DNA of 64,000 nucleotides from Rickettsia sp. (GTDB lineage: Bacteria > Pseudomonadota > Alphaproteobacteria > Rickettsiales > UBA1997). Shown piece after piece: positions 9,051 through 18,286 of the stretch. Position 1 is the first letter of the stretch. The number at the start of each line of letters is the position of its first letter. The DNA lies in contig JAYPPA010000005.1 in NCBI GenBank assembly GCA_038131245.1, positions 11,904-75,903 on the forward strand, given 5' to 3'. The notes under the pieces are model-generated. The model ran no database searches and was not told the origin of the DNA. It saw nothing but the letters and a program-made list of their open reading frames with translations. The position numbers were made by a program, and so were the translations under genes.

Positions 9051-9274
9051 TAAAAGATTTGATTGTAAAATTTTTAGTTTTATTGATAAGATTTTACCAA
9101 AAATATATTTCTATTATTTTTGGAGCCTCTAAATGTAGATTTAATCCTACATGTTCGAATTATTGCATTGAGGCGATAAGAAAAAAAGGTTTAGTTAAGG
9201 GACTTTTGCTCGGGATTTATCGTATTTTAAGATGTAATCCTTTTAATAGCGGAGGTAATGATTTTGTTAAATAA
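9047..9274 (+). CDS. yidD: Membrane protein insertion efficiency factor YidD
   Basis: 75 aa. RFYQKYIS...[19 protein letters not shown]...RILRCNPF is the YidD signature. It has an ATGA overlap with lptG. Confidence 0.9.
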   Translation: MIKDLIVKFLVLLIRFYQKYISIIFGASKCRFNPTCSNYCIEAIRKKGLVKGLLLGIYRILRCNPFNSGGNDFVK

Positions 9275-9294
9275 TTATTTAATTATAAATATAA

Positions 9295-10731
9295 GTGGTT
9301 AAATTAAAGAGATCATTAACATTATTACTATTTTTGACTGTTTTACTGCCCGTAAGTGCTTACTCGCAAGAAGAGAAGGTAAAAATTGTGACTGAGAAAT
9401 TTGATTTTGATACTGATTCTGATTTAAATGATTATTTAAAGGAAAAACAAAAAGAGTCGAGCAAGAAAAATAAGGTTGATGTTGAGATGCTTGGCCTTGA
9501 CGATGTTGCTCCAAAAGCAACGAACACTAAAAAAGAAGAAGCTCCGCCAGTTGCTATTGATAATATTGTTAAAGATGAAGATGAGAAACCAGAAAAAATA
9601 GAGGCTGAATTGCCAATTGCAAACTCTTTGCCTGTTGTTAAAATAGAAGCCAAGAATGAGAATGAGGAAGTAAAAAAAGATGATGAGCCTAAACAGGAAA
9701 ATGATAAAGCAAAAGCGCCGATAAATAGCAAGGAAAATAAACCAGAAGCCGATGTTGCTGATGAAAAGCCTTCTAAAAATGGGATATTTGGCAAAATAAA
9801 AAGCTTTATAAATAAAAAAACTGACCATGAAAAGAAGAAAATTACAATAAAGCTTGGCAAAGAAGAAGAAAAAAAGGTCGAGGAAGGGAAAAAAACCGAG
9901 CAGGAGCTTGAAAATGAAAGGCTGGAGAGGCTTGCTAAAGAAAAAGAAGAGAGACTTGATAGGTTAAGAAAAAAATATTTACTTAAAATACAGTCAAAAG
10001 AGGATAATATTGAAGAGGAGGATTCAAAATTTATCGTCCCACAAAAGAAAGAATTAAGTTGGAGTGATAGTTTTTACAAAACTGTAGATATGGCTCCACC
10101 AATTATTTCGCGTAGTAGAAGTGAGGATAATTCACATATTCCAATTATTCCAACCTTTAGAGAAAGGATTGATGGTTTGTTTTCGACGATAAAATCTGAT
10201 GACATTAGTGCTTTTAATAATTTTTATAAAAAAATCGCAATTCCTGATCTTAGAAATGAAAAAGGGGATACAATATTAACCTATGCCTTGTTACTAAAAA
10301 GACATAGTGTAGTACTTTCTATTCTTTCAAAAGGAGCAGACCCAGACCTGCCAAATGCGCTTGGTCACACTCCTCTTGATATTGCAATTGAATCACTTGA
10401 TTTGAAATCTGTGAAAATACTAATTGACAATCATGTGGATATAGGTTATATTGATAAGTATAATAGAACATATCTTATGCTGGCTGCAAGAAAAGGTTAT
10501 TTGCCCGTTGTACAGCTGTTGGTTGAGTCCGGCGCTGATGTTAATAAGGCAGATTCCTATGGAAGAACCGCTTTGAATATTGCATATAGGCATAAGAAGG
10601 AGGTAGTGGCTAAATATTTACTTAAGAATGGAGCTAAAACATGGATTGAAAAACCTTATGATAAAGGCAACCAAGAATTAATTAAAGAACTTGAAAATAG
10701 GTGGAAAACACCCGTTTTTAATTCACAATAA
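9295..10731 (+). CDS. Secreted ankyrin-repeat protein with a long K/E/D-rich low-complexity region
   Basis: GTG start with a signal peptide (MVKLKRSLTLLLFLTVLLPVSAYSQ). About 230 aa of charged low complexity/coiled coil follow. At least 3 ANK repeats are present (GDTILTYALLLKRHSVVLSILSKGADPDL, GHTPLDIAIE..., NRTYLMLAARKGYLPVVQLLVESGADVN, GRTALNIAYRHKKEVVAKYLLKNGA). Confidence 0.8.
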   Translation: MVKLKRSLTLLLFLTVLLPVSAYSQEEKVKIVTEKFDFDTDSDLNDYLKEKQKESSKKNKVDVEMLGLDDVAPKATNTKKEEAPPVAIDNIVKDEDEKPEKIEAELPIANSLPVVKIEAKNENEEVKKDDEPKQENDKAKAPINSKENKPEADVADEKPSKNGIFGKIKSFINKKTDHEKKKITIKLGKEEEKKVEEGKKTEQELENERLERLAKEKEERLDRLRKKYLLKIQSKEDNIEEEDSKFIVPQKKELSWSDSFYKTVDMAPPIISRSRSEDNSHIPIIPTFRERIDGLFSTIKSDDISAFNNFYKKIAIPDLRNEKGDTILTYALLLKRHSVVLSILSKGADPDLPNALGHTPLDIAIESLDLKSVKILIDNHVDIGYIDKYNRTYLMLAARKGYLPVVQLLVESGADVNKADSYGRTALNIAYRHKKEVVAKYLLKNGAKTWIEKPYDKGNQELIKELENRWKTPVFNSQ

Positions 10732-10738
10732 TAAATAA

Positions 10739-11713
10739 ATGCTACGCAGAATACTGGTAACATTATTATTAATAACATCCTTCATCCTTAAAACGGGCAA
10801 CATATCTGCTTCTGAAAATTTCAATGGCAGTGAAGATTTTGACACTGGTATTACCTCTTTGATGAATGCTGTTGCGGCTAAGGATTATAAGGCTATTGAG
10901 TTTTTCATTAAGATTAACCCGCTGGATATCAATGCGCAAAATATTGGTGAAGCAACCGCCTTGCACTTGGCTGTTAGAGGTAATGATATTATTGCTACAA
11001 AAATATTGATTGATAGCGGGGCTGATGTAAATATTAAAGATATCGCAGGCTATAGCCCAGCGATGCGAGCCTGTTTTTATGGCTATAATGATGTTTTTAA
11101 TATTTTAAAGGATAACAGTATTATTAATTATAAATTGCTGAATAATGAAGGTGATGGCTTCATTATTTTAAGCGCCTTGTCTAAGAATATTGTGTGTTTA
11201 CAGGAAACTTTAAGAAATATTATTCCAATTCGAGATCTTTCAATTGATGAACTTAAAGATCGTTTAAATAAGGCTTTCATTATCTCTTTAGCTAAAGATG
11301 ATAATGAGTCAAAAGAGTTGCTGCTAAAATATTTGAATAAGTTGCAAATTTTTCAGCAAAAAGTTAGAAACCTTTCTAGAATTAATGGCGAATTTGAGGT
11401 TCAAAAGAAAAATACCGTATCAAGAGAAGAGTCAGAAGATAAAAATACTTCTGGTAAAAGGGTGTATAAGCTTAAAAGCGGCTATAAAAGTGTAAAAATT
11501 GAAGACAAAAATATCGCCGATGCTAGAAAAGCAAAGAAAAAAATTAGATATAGAATTAAAAAGCCGACTGAGTTGAAAAGCAATAAATCAGAATATAAAT
11601 TAAAAAATGGTTCGAAGGGAGCTTTAAATACAAAGCCTAGACAAAAAATATCAGACTCTAGAATGAATGATAGGGATGAATTTACTTTTAATAAAACGAT
11701 AATTATCGATTAG
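10739..11713 (+). CDS. Secreted ankyrin-repeat protein with Lys-rich C-terminal tail
   Basis: Signal peptide MLRRILVTLLLITSFILKTGNISASE. ANK repeats are TSLMNAVAAKDYKAIEFFI, ATALHLAVRGNDIIATKILIDSGADVN and YSPAMRACFYGYNDVFNIL. The basic tail carries the duplicated motif YKLKSGYK / YKLKNGSK. Confidence 0.8.
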   Translation: MLRRILVTLLLITSFILKTGNISASENFNGSEDFDTGITSLMNAVAAKDYKAIEFFIKINPLDINAQNIGEATALHLAVRGNDIIATKILIDSGADVNIKDIAGYSPAMRACFYGYNDVFNILKDNSIINYKLLNNEGDGFIILSALSKNIVCLQETLRNIIPIRDLSIDELKDRLNKAFIISLAKDDNESKELLLKYLNKLQIFQQKVRNLSRINGEFEVQKKNTVSREESEDKNTSGKRVYKLKSGYKSVKIEDKNIADARKAKKKIRYRIKKPTELKSNKSEYKLKNGSKGALNTKPRQKISDSRMNDRDEFTFNKTIIID

Positions 11714-11767
11714 AATTGTCCTTATTTATTTTAACAATTTTTAAGGGTTTTGCAATAATTGTTTTTA

Positions 11768-13447
11768 ATGAAAAATTATTATTTAGAAAAATATGATTTA
11801 GTTGTTATTGGTTCAGGCGGAGCAGGTCTCATGGCAGCAATTTCAGCCGCAGAATCTGGTCTTAGAAAAATAGCAGTAATTTCCAAGGTTAAACCTTTAA
11901 ATAGCCATACTGGTGCTGCTAAAGGGGGGATTAATGCTGCGCTTGGCAATGTAACCAAAGACGATTGGCGCTGGCATTTACATGACACATTGAAAGGCGC
12001 AGACGGATTGGCTGATGCTGATGCTTGTGAGATTTTATGCAGAAATGCTAAAGCGGCAATTGAGGATCTTGAGGCTCTTGGGGTTGAATTTTCTCGAGAC
12101 AAAAGCGGTCAAATAGCCCAGCGTAAATACGGTGGCCAAAGGCTTAACAATGGTGCTGGGGATTTAGCATATCGAGCCTGCTATTCTAAAGATCATACTG
12201 GCAAAACAATTTTAAGCAGCCTTTATGAGAAAGCCCTTGGTTTAGAAATTAATTTTTACGATGAGTTTTTTGCTTTAGATTTATTGTTGAGCGATGGTAA
12301 TTGTTACGGCTGTGTGGCTTTGGATATTGAAACTGGCGAATTAACAGCTTTTGAGGCAACAAATACCTTAATTGCAACTGGTGGTTATAGTCAGATTTAT
12401 CATACAACTACTTCTGCTAATATTTGTACTGGTGATGGGACGGCGTTGGTGTTTAAGAATGGTTTGCCGCTTCAGGATATGGAATTCATTCAATTTCACC
12501 CAAGTGGCATCGCTGGGCAAGGATTTTTAATCACAGAGGCTGCTCGATCAGAAGGTGGCTATTTGATCAATAGCGAGGGCGAGCGCTTCATGAAAAATTA
12601 TGATCCACAAATGATGGAGCTTTCTTCGCGCGATGTGATTGCTAGGGCGATTTCTACTGAAATTGTCGAAGGAAGAGGTGTTGGCGATCAAAAAAACGGG
12701 GTTTATTTGGATTTGCGACATCTTGATGATGATATTTTTGTCAATAAAATTCCTGGCGTGGTTGAGATTGCTCAGGATCTTGCGAAAATTGATGTTCGCC
12801 GCGAGTCAATTATTATTGCTCCGTCAGCGCACTATAATATGGGCGGAATTCCAACTAACCTACAGTGTCGAGTTGTTTCTTCAGAAGGGCAAGTCGTAGA
12901 AGGTTTAATGGCAGTAGGAGAGGCCGCGTGTCTTTCTGTGCACGGAGCAAATCGCCTTGGCTGCAATTCTTTACTTGATTTGATTGTGTTTGGCAAGATT
13001 GCTGGACAAGAGGCTGCTAATACTGAATCCAAGCTTAATGATGTGAATCTAGAGTCGCTAATTAATCAAAAGATTCAAAATTTTTGCGACTTAGTTGAGT
13101 TTGATCAATCTACAAATGCAGATGATTTATCTCGAATTAAATCTGATCTGCAAAACATCAATGAAAGGCATTTGGGCGTCTTTAGAAGCGATAAATTGAT
13201 GCAAGATGGATTTAGGCAGCTTGAAGAAATAAAAGCAAGATTAGAAAGTTACAGCCTAAAAAATAAATCGCCAAATTATAATTTAGAATTAATCGAGTTT
13301 CTTGAAATTCAAAATCTTTACCTAAATTCCTTTGCCTCTTTCAAAGCAGCACTGGCCCGCAAAGAGAGTAGGGGCGCGCATTTTAATATCGATTACCCAA
13401 AGAAAGATGACAAGAATTGGCTCAGGCATTCCCTGGTTAGTCTTTAG
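11768..13447 (+). CDS. Succinate dehydrogenase/fumarate reductase flavoprotein-family FAD oxidoreductase (SdhA-like; possible L-aspartate oxidase role)
   Basis: Start set to the ATG at 11768 (the track uses TTG 11759). Motifs are VVIGSGGAG, SHTGAAKGGI, DDWRWHLHDT.KG.DGLADADA, FHPSG, HYNMGGIPTN and ESRGAHFNIDYPKKDDKNWLRHSL. No sdhB/C/D genes are adjacent. The 3' end overlaps the topA 3' end by 11 nt. Confidence 0.75.
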   Translation: MKNYYLEKYDLVVIGSGGAGLMAAISAAESGLRKIAVISKVKPLNSHTGAAKGGINAALGNVTKDDWRWHLHDTLKGADGLADADACEILCRNAKAAIEDLEALGVEFSRDKSGQIAQRKYGGQRLNNGAGDLAYRACYSKDHTGKTILSSLYEKALGLEINFYDEFFALDLLLSDGNCYGCVALDIETGELTAFEATNTLIATGGYSQIYHTTTSANICTGDGTALVFKNGLPLQDMEFIQFHPSGIAGQGFLITEAARSEGGYLINSEGERFMKNYDPQMMELSSRDVIARAISTEIVEGRGVGDQKNGVYLDLRHLDDDIFVNKIPGVVEIAQDLAKIDVRRESIIIAPSAHYNMGGIPTNLQCRVVSSEGQVVEGLMAVGEAACLSVHGANRLGCNSLLDLIVFGKIAGQEAANTESKLNDVNLESLINQKIQNFCDLVEFDQSTNADDLSRIKSDLQNINERHLGVFRSDKLMQDGFRQLEEIKARLESYSLKNKSPNYNLELIEFLEIQNLYLNSFASFKAALARKESRGAHFNIDYPKKDDKNWLRHSLVSL

Positions 13448-15977
13448 TCGTTTTTTTAGCTGAAGTTTTTCTGCGACCGCGACCTCGTTTTGGTCTGTTC
13501 GCAGCCTCAACCAAAAGATCAATCGCCCGATCAAGCTCTATAGTCAAGACATCATCATCCTTTAGCGAAGCATATTGCTTTTCATGCACAACATACGGCC
13601 CATAAGGTCCAATGCTGGCGTTAACCTTCTTACCAGTTTCAGGATGCAAGCCAATTTCACGCGGTAAACTTAACAATCCAATTGCCTGTTTAACATCAAG
13701 CTGCTCTGGGTCAATATTTTTTGGCAAAGAAATTCGTTTTGGCTTTTGAACCTTTTCTTTTTTAGGTTTTTTGGGCTTAGGAGGTTTTTTCCCAGCCTTT
13801 TTGGCTTTCGCCATTCTTTCTTTTTCAGCAGCTTCAAATTCAGCCAAATAATCAGCTCGTCTTTTAGCAACTTCCTCAGCGCTAATTAACTTGCCATTTT
13901 CATCTAAATTATCGCTACCTTCAAGCTCCAAATATAACCCATAAGGCCCAAGTTTCACAACAATATCTAAACCAGTCTCTGGATCCTTTCCAATAATTTT
14001 TGGTTCATGAGTGGATTTTTTGACAACATTACCATCAGCGTCAATTTCCCCATCCTTGTCAAATACATGCATGGTGTTTTTGCACTCAGGATAGTTTGAG
14101 CAGCCCATGAAAGAGCCAAATTTTCCAAGTCTAAGGCCTAATTTTCCGTCTTTACAGCTTGGACAATCATTTTTAACGCTACCATCTTCATTTAGGCCAA
14201 AAATTTGTCCACCGATTTTTTGATTCAAAATCTCAAGTACATCGGTAAATTCTTTGGCTCCAACTTCTTTGATGTTGGCATTAAAAGCATCCCAGAAAGT
14301 CGACAAGAACTTTTTCCAGTCCAGATCTCCATTTGAAATCACATCGAGCTCATCTTCAATTGTGGCTGTGTAGTCGTACTCAATATATTTTACGAAAAAC
14401 TCCTTTAAGAATGTAGTCACAATACGACCACGCTCTTCCGGAAAGAATCTTCGCGAGTCGATCTTAACATAGCCTCGATCCTGTAGTACAGAAATAATAT
14501 TTGCATAAGTCGACGGACGCCCAATCCCAAGCTCCTCAAGCTTCTTAACCAAGCTTGCCTCAGAATATCTCGGCGGAGGTTGAGTGAAATGCTGATCAGG
14601 GCGAACCTCAATCAAACCAAGATCCTGCTTAGGCTCTAGTGGAGGTAGGATTCTGTCACCATCTTCTTCTACCACATCATCTTCATCCTCTTTGTAAACG
14701 CGATAAAAACCATCGAATTTAATTACCGACCCGGTAGCTCTAGCCTTGGCGTAATCAGGAATTGTTTGAATAGTTGCGGTAACTTGATCGAAAATTACAT
14801 CAGACATTTGCGAAGCAAGCATTCTTTTAAAAATAAGGTCATAAAGCCTGTATTGATCGTCTTCCATGTAATTTTTAATCGAAGCCGGATCAATATTTGG
14901 ATCAACGGGTCTAATCGCCTCGTGAGCTTCTTGCGCGTTTTTAACTTTGCCTTTAAAAATATTTGGGTTTTCAGGCAAGTAATCTTTGCCAAAAGTTGAC
15001 AAGATATATTCACGAGCCTTTTCAATCCCCTCTGGAGCAACAGAAATACTATCCGTTCTCATATAGGTGATTAAACCTTGATTAGCACCATCAATCTCAA
15101 TTCCTTCATATAATCTTTGAGCAAGCATCATGGTCTTTTTAGCCGTAAAGCCAAGCTTACGAGCAGCCTCTTGCTGTAGAGATGAGGTAATAAAAGGTGG
15201 ATTTGGCCTTCTTTTGGTTTGTTTTTTAACAACATCAATAACCTGGTATTTTTTCTCATCAAGAAGTTTCTTGACGTCACCAGCTGATTTCTCGTCAATA
15301 ATCGTGAATTTTTCGAGCTTTTTACCTTCTAATTCAAATAAATTAGCAGTAAATTTGGCTTTTTCATCAGTTTCAAGGTCAATTTTGATATCCCAATATT
15401 CCTTGCTTTTGAAGGCTTCGATTTCCTCTTCGCGGTCGCAAATAATTCTTAAAGCCACAGATTGAACCCTTCCGGCAGAGCGGCTTCCTGGTAATTTTCT
15501 CCATAAAATTGGTGACAAAGTAAAGCCAACCAGATAGTCCAAAGCCCTACGTGCTTGCTGGGCATTGACTAGATCCATGTCAAGTTTGCGAGGATTTTCA
15601 ACAGCCTTAATAATCGAGTTTTTGGTAATTGCATTAAATACAACCCTTTCAACTGGAGTGGAAGGCTTGATCGCTTTCCTTTGTTTTAAAGCCTCAATAA
15701 CATGCCAGGCAATAGCTTCTCCTTCGCGATCCGGATCGGGAGCAAGTAATATTCTGTCGCATTTTTTAGCAGCATCAACAATCGCCTTCACATGTTTAGT
15801 AGATTTTGGCGAAATCTGATAGTGAAGCTTAAAGCCGTTTTCAGGTTCAACTGAGCCATTTTTACTCGGCAAATCGCGAATATGCCCAAATGAAGCCATT
15901 ACAGTATAATCACGCCCAAGATATTTTGAAATAGTCCTGGCTTTTGCCGGTGATTCGACAATTAGCAAATTTTTCAT
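13437..15977 (-). CDS. topA: DNA topoisomerase I
   Basis: 846 aa. It has a TOPRIM N-terminus (LLIVESPAKARTISKYLG...DPDREGEAI), the active-site region ITYMRTDS, C-terminal Cys4 zinc ribbons (CPSCKDGKL...CSNYPEC) and a basic tail. Confidence 0.95.
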   Translation of the reverse strand: MKNLLIVESPAKARTISKYLGRDYTVMASFGHIRDLPSKNGSVEPENGFKLHYQISPKSTKHVKAIVDAAKKCDRILLAPDPDREGEAIAWHVIEALKQRKAIKPSTPVERVVFNAITKNSIIKAVENPRKLDMDLVNAQQARRALDYLVGFTLSPILWRKLPGSRSAGRVQSVALRIICDREEEIEAFKSKEYWDIKIDLETDEKAKFTANLFELEGKKLEKFTIIDEKSAGDVKKLLDEKKYQVIDVVKKQTKRRPNPPFITSSLQQEAARKLGFTAKKTMMLAQRLYEGIEIDGANQGLITYMRTDSISVAPEGIEKAREYILSTFGKDYLPENPNIFKGKVKNAQEAHEAIRPVDPNIDPASIKNYMEDDQYRLYDLIFKRMLASQMSDVIFDQVTATIQTIPDYAKARATGSVIKFDGFYRVYKEDEDDVVEEDGDRILPPLEPKQDLGLIEVRPDQHFTQPPPRYSEASLVKKLEELGIGRPSTYANIISVLQDRGYVKIDSRRFFPEERGRIVTTFLKEFFVKYIEYDYTATIEDELDVISNGDLDWKKFLSTFWDAFNANIKEVGAKEFTDVLEILNQKIGGQIFGLNEDGSVKNDCPSCKDGKLGLRLGKFGSFMGCSNYPECKNTMHVFDKDGEIDADGNVVKKSTHEPKIIGKDPETGLDIVVKLGPYGLYLELEGSDNLDENGKLISAEEVAKRRADYLAEFEAAEKERMAKAKKAGKKPPKPKKPKKEKVQKPKRISLPKNIDPEQLDVKQAIGLLSLPREIGLHPETGKKVNASIGPYGPYVVHEKQYASLKDDDVLTIELDRAIDLLVEAANRPKRGRGRRKTSAKKTTKD

Positions 15978-16077
15978 TCAAATCAATAAAATTTAAAAAA
16001 ATAACGCACTCCACTTCAATTATACCATGAGTTTGTGGTAAAGTCAATGTTTTCTCGATTCTTAAAAGGCGCGAAAT

Positions 16078-16108
16078 CTATAAAGCCACTTATAATGGGC
16101 ATTTATAG
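16078..16108 (-). terminator. Hairpin downstream of nadC (weak terminator candidate)
   Basis: CTATAAAGCC (16078-16087) pairs with GGCATTTATAG (16098-16108), a 10-bp stem with one bulged A. On the minus strand it is followed by ATTTCGCGCCTTTT. Confidence 0.3.
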
Positions 16109-16155
16109 CTTAAAAAGGCTTACTGTAGGGATCTTGAGCCAATTGTAGCGTTTTG

Positions 16156-17010
16156 CTACACAATATCCAAACCGATATCTACTGCTAAGGCAGAGTGGGT
16201 TAGGGCTCCAATTGAAATATAATCGATTTCTAAACCTCTAAAACTCTCAATATTATCTAAAGTAACGCCGCCAGAAACCTCAATTTTCGTTTTACCAGCA
16301 ACGATTTCGATCGCTTTTTTAATTTGATCGACACTCATATTATCGAGCATAATTCTATCTGGCCTTAAATCACAAATCGCTTTAACCTGATCTAAATTAT
16401 CACATTCAACTATAATTTCAAGACCTTTTTTGTTATTTTTTAATGCCTTGTTTACCGTTTGAGCAATGTTTAGGCCAGCTGCTATATGGTTATCCTTGAT
16501 TAAAATTGCGTCTGATAGATCATTTCTATGGTTTTTAGCTCCTCCACAAAAAGTTGCATATTTTTCAATTTCTCGAAGACCAATCGTGGTTTTTCTAGTA
16601 TCTAATATTGTAATCTTCTCATCATTTAGTTTTGTTACAAACTGTTTTGTCAGGCTAGATATGCCGCTTAGGTGCTGTAGGGTATTTAAAATCACTCGTT
16701 CAGCAGCAAAAATTAGCCTAGCGTTGCCTCTTCCGACAATAATTGCGTCATTTTTTGCTATAAAGTCGCCATCAGTAGCCTTGATTTCGTAGGATAGGTT
16801 GCTATTTGCAAATTTTGCTGAATTTTTTAGCAATTTAAAGCAAATATCGACGCTAGCCACGCCACAGACCACAAGATCTTGCCTTGCGTTAATTGCAAAA
16901 TCAACTTCGTAGTTAGGCTCTAAAGTTAAATCGCTAGTCACATCATCAAGCGCAAAGTCTTCTTCTAAGGCAATTTGGATGATTTTGGTAAGCTTCTCTA
17001 AATATGTCAT
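16156..17010 (-). CDS. nadC: Nicotinate-nucleotide pyrophosphorylase (carboxylating), quinolinate phosphoribosyltransferase
   Basis: QPRTase pattern: DDVTSDL, ILDTRKTTIGLR..EKYA...GG..NHR..L.D..LIKDNH and EVSGG. The start is taken at ATG 17010, overlapping the upstream stop (ATGA). The track uses TTG 17016. Confidence 0.9.
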   Translation of the reverse strand: MTYLEKLTKIIQIALEEDFALDDVTSDLTLEPNYEVDFAINARQDLVVCGVASVDICFKLLKNSAKFANSNLSYEIKATDGDFIAKNDAIIVGRGNARLIFAAERVILNTLQHLSGISSLTKQFVTKLNDEKITILDTRKTTIGLREIEKYATFCGGAKNHRNDLSDAILIKDNHIAAGLNIAQTVNKALKNNKKGLEIIVECDNLDQVKAICDLRPDRIMLDNMSVDQIKKAIEIVAGKTKIEVSGGVTLDNIESFRGLEIDYISIGALTHSALAVDIGLDIV

Positions 17011-17729
17011 TTGCAATTATGTGGATTAAAATTGTTATTTTTGAGCTTTTTTAGTCTAACATTAATAAAATAGCGAATGAAATTCATGTCGTCACTTGAA
17101 ATTGTAACATTTTTTTTATTTAAATCATCAATTAAATTTTGAATTGCAAAGAAAGCTAAGCAACCATCGCCATTTTTGGCGTGAATGAAGGCTGAGACTT
17201 GTTTTGTCCAAAGCGGGGCTTTTGGATCTTTATTTTGAGCCAATAGATTTGCAAGTCTAAGTGCTCTATGATTATCTTCAATTTTTTGGGCTAAATATAT
17301 GGATTGAAAGACCCACCACCAATTTCTGTCGATATTTGATCTTCCTCTTTTTTCGAGGTAATTGATTAGATGTTCAACTTTTTTATCATCCTCGATATTT
17401 GAGTAAGTATAAGCTGCTAAAGATGGGATTTGGTTGGATTCTTCATTTAGACTGTCCATAAAAATAAACCAATCATGTAATTTTTGATAGTCGTAGAATT
17501 TTAGTGGAGCAAAGCCAGCGTAGATGTCTCCGGCATTTTGGATTCTTAAAGATAAGGATCGAAATAGAAACTCATCATCACCAAGCGAAGCCAATTTAGC
17601 GTATTTAGGACTCATTGGCCTAGGTACGATCTCAAATTCAGGCTTAATATTTTTAGTATAATTCCAAAAAGCAAGTTGCAATAATAGTGCAGCAAAGAAT
17701 AGGTATAGATATTTCCTATTTATAATCAT
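17007..17729 (-). CDS. Hypothetical N-terminally membrane-anchored protein (240 aa) embedded between ribH and nadC
   Basis: It has a single N-terminal TM helix (YLYLFFAALLLQLAFW) and a W-rich motif RNWWWVFQSIYLAQ. I recognised no family. It overlaps ribH by 14 nt and nadC by 4 nt. Confidence 0.5.
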   Translation of the reverse strand: MIINRKYLYLFFAALLLQLAFWNYTKNIKPEFEIVPRPMSPKYAKLASLGDDEFLFRSLSLRIQNAGDIYAGFAPLKFYDYQKLHDWFIFMDSLNEESNQIPSLAAYTYSNIEDDKKVEHLINYLEKRGRSNIDRNWWWVFQSIYLAQKIEDNHRALRLANLLAQNKDPKAPLWTKQVSAFIHAKNGDGCLAFFAIQNLIDDLNKKNVTISSDDMNFIRYFINVRLKKLKNNNFNPHNCK

Positions 17730-18141
17730 GGTTTTTTAGTCTTATCATTCCATCACAAGCCTCAACCGCAAATCCACCTTTGTCTTTTTGGTCGATATCA
17801 GCTCTAGCAAAGGCTTGAGCTCGATTTTCAACGGTAATTATACCATTTCCAATTGCTAATTCTTTTTCTATGGTTAGTTTCATGATTCCTTGGGCGCTTT
17901 GTGTAGTGACAATATCATAATGACTAGTTTCGCCGCGAATCACGCATCCAAGCGCCACATATCCGTCATATTTGTCATTTTTGGAGTTAATTGAAATCGC
18001 GTAGGGGATTTCTAGGGCTCCACTGAGGTTTAGGACATCATATTCATGGCCAAGTTCTTTTAATTTACTTTCAGCACCCTGAAGCAACATATCCGATATA
18101 TCTTCGTAAAATCTAGCTTGTACAATTAGTATTTTAGCCAT
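17716..18141 (-). CDS. ribH: 6,7-dimethyl-8-ribityllumazine synthase
   Basis: 141 aa. ILIVQARFYEDISDMLL.GA, GALEIPYA, ALGCVIRGETSHYDIV and KGGFAVEA match lumazine synthase. Confidence 0.9.
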   Translation of the reverse strand: MAKILIVQARFYEDISDMLLQGAESKLKELGHEYDVLNLSGALEIPYAISINSKNDKYDGYVALGCVIRGETSHYDIVTTQSAQGIMKLTIEKELAIGNGIITVENRAQAFARADIDQKDKGGFAVEACDGMIRLKNHDYK

Positions 18142-18286
18142 AATTTGTTATTTTTTTTATTGCAAGACTTTGCAAGGTAAAGTCGCAGCAATCTTGAAAC
18201 TTAATTATATATCATAAAATTCAAAAAATCTAGTTTATTTTTACATTTAATAAGATATAATTAATATATAATATAATAAAAAAACT

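Noticed and set aside
9299-9860. Three minus-strand ORFs (73, 142 and 130 aa) opposite the first ankyrin gene
   Set aside because: They sit opposite the A/G-rich low-complexity K/E/D region, which suppresses stop codons on the antisense strand. Their products are low-complexity F/S/L strings with no start context.
18142-18286. Possible FMN riboswitch upstream of ribH
   Set aside because: The spacer is AT-rich and lacks the conserved G-rich FMN aptamer core. Only a short near-palindrome (TTGCAAGACTTTGCAA) is present.
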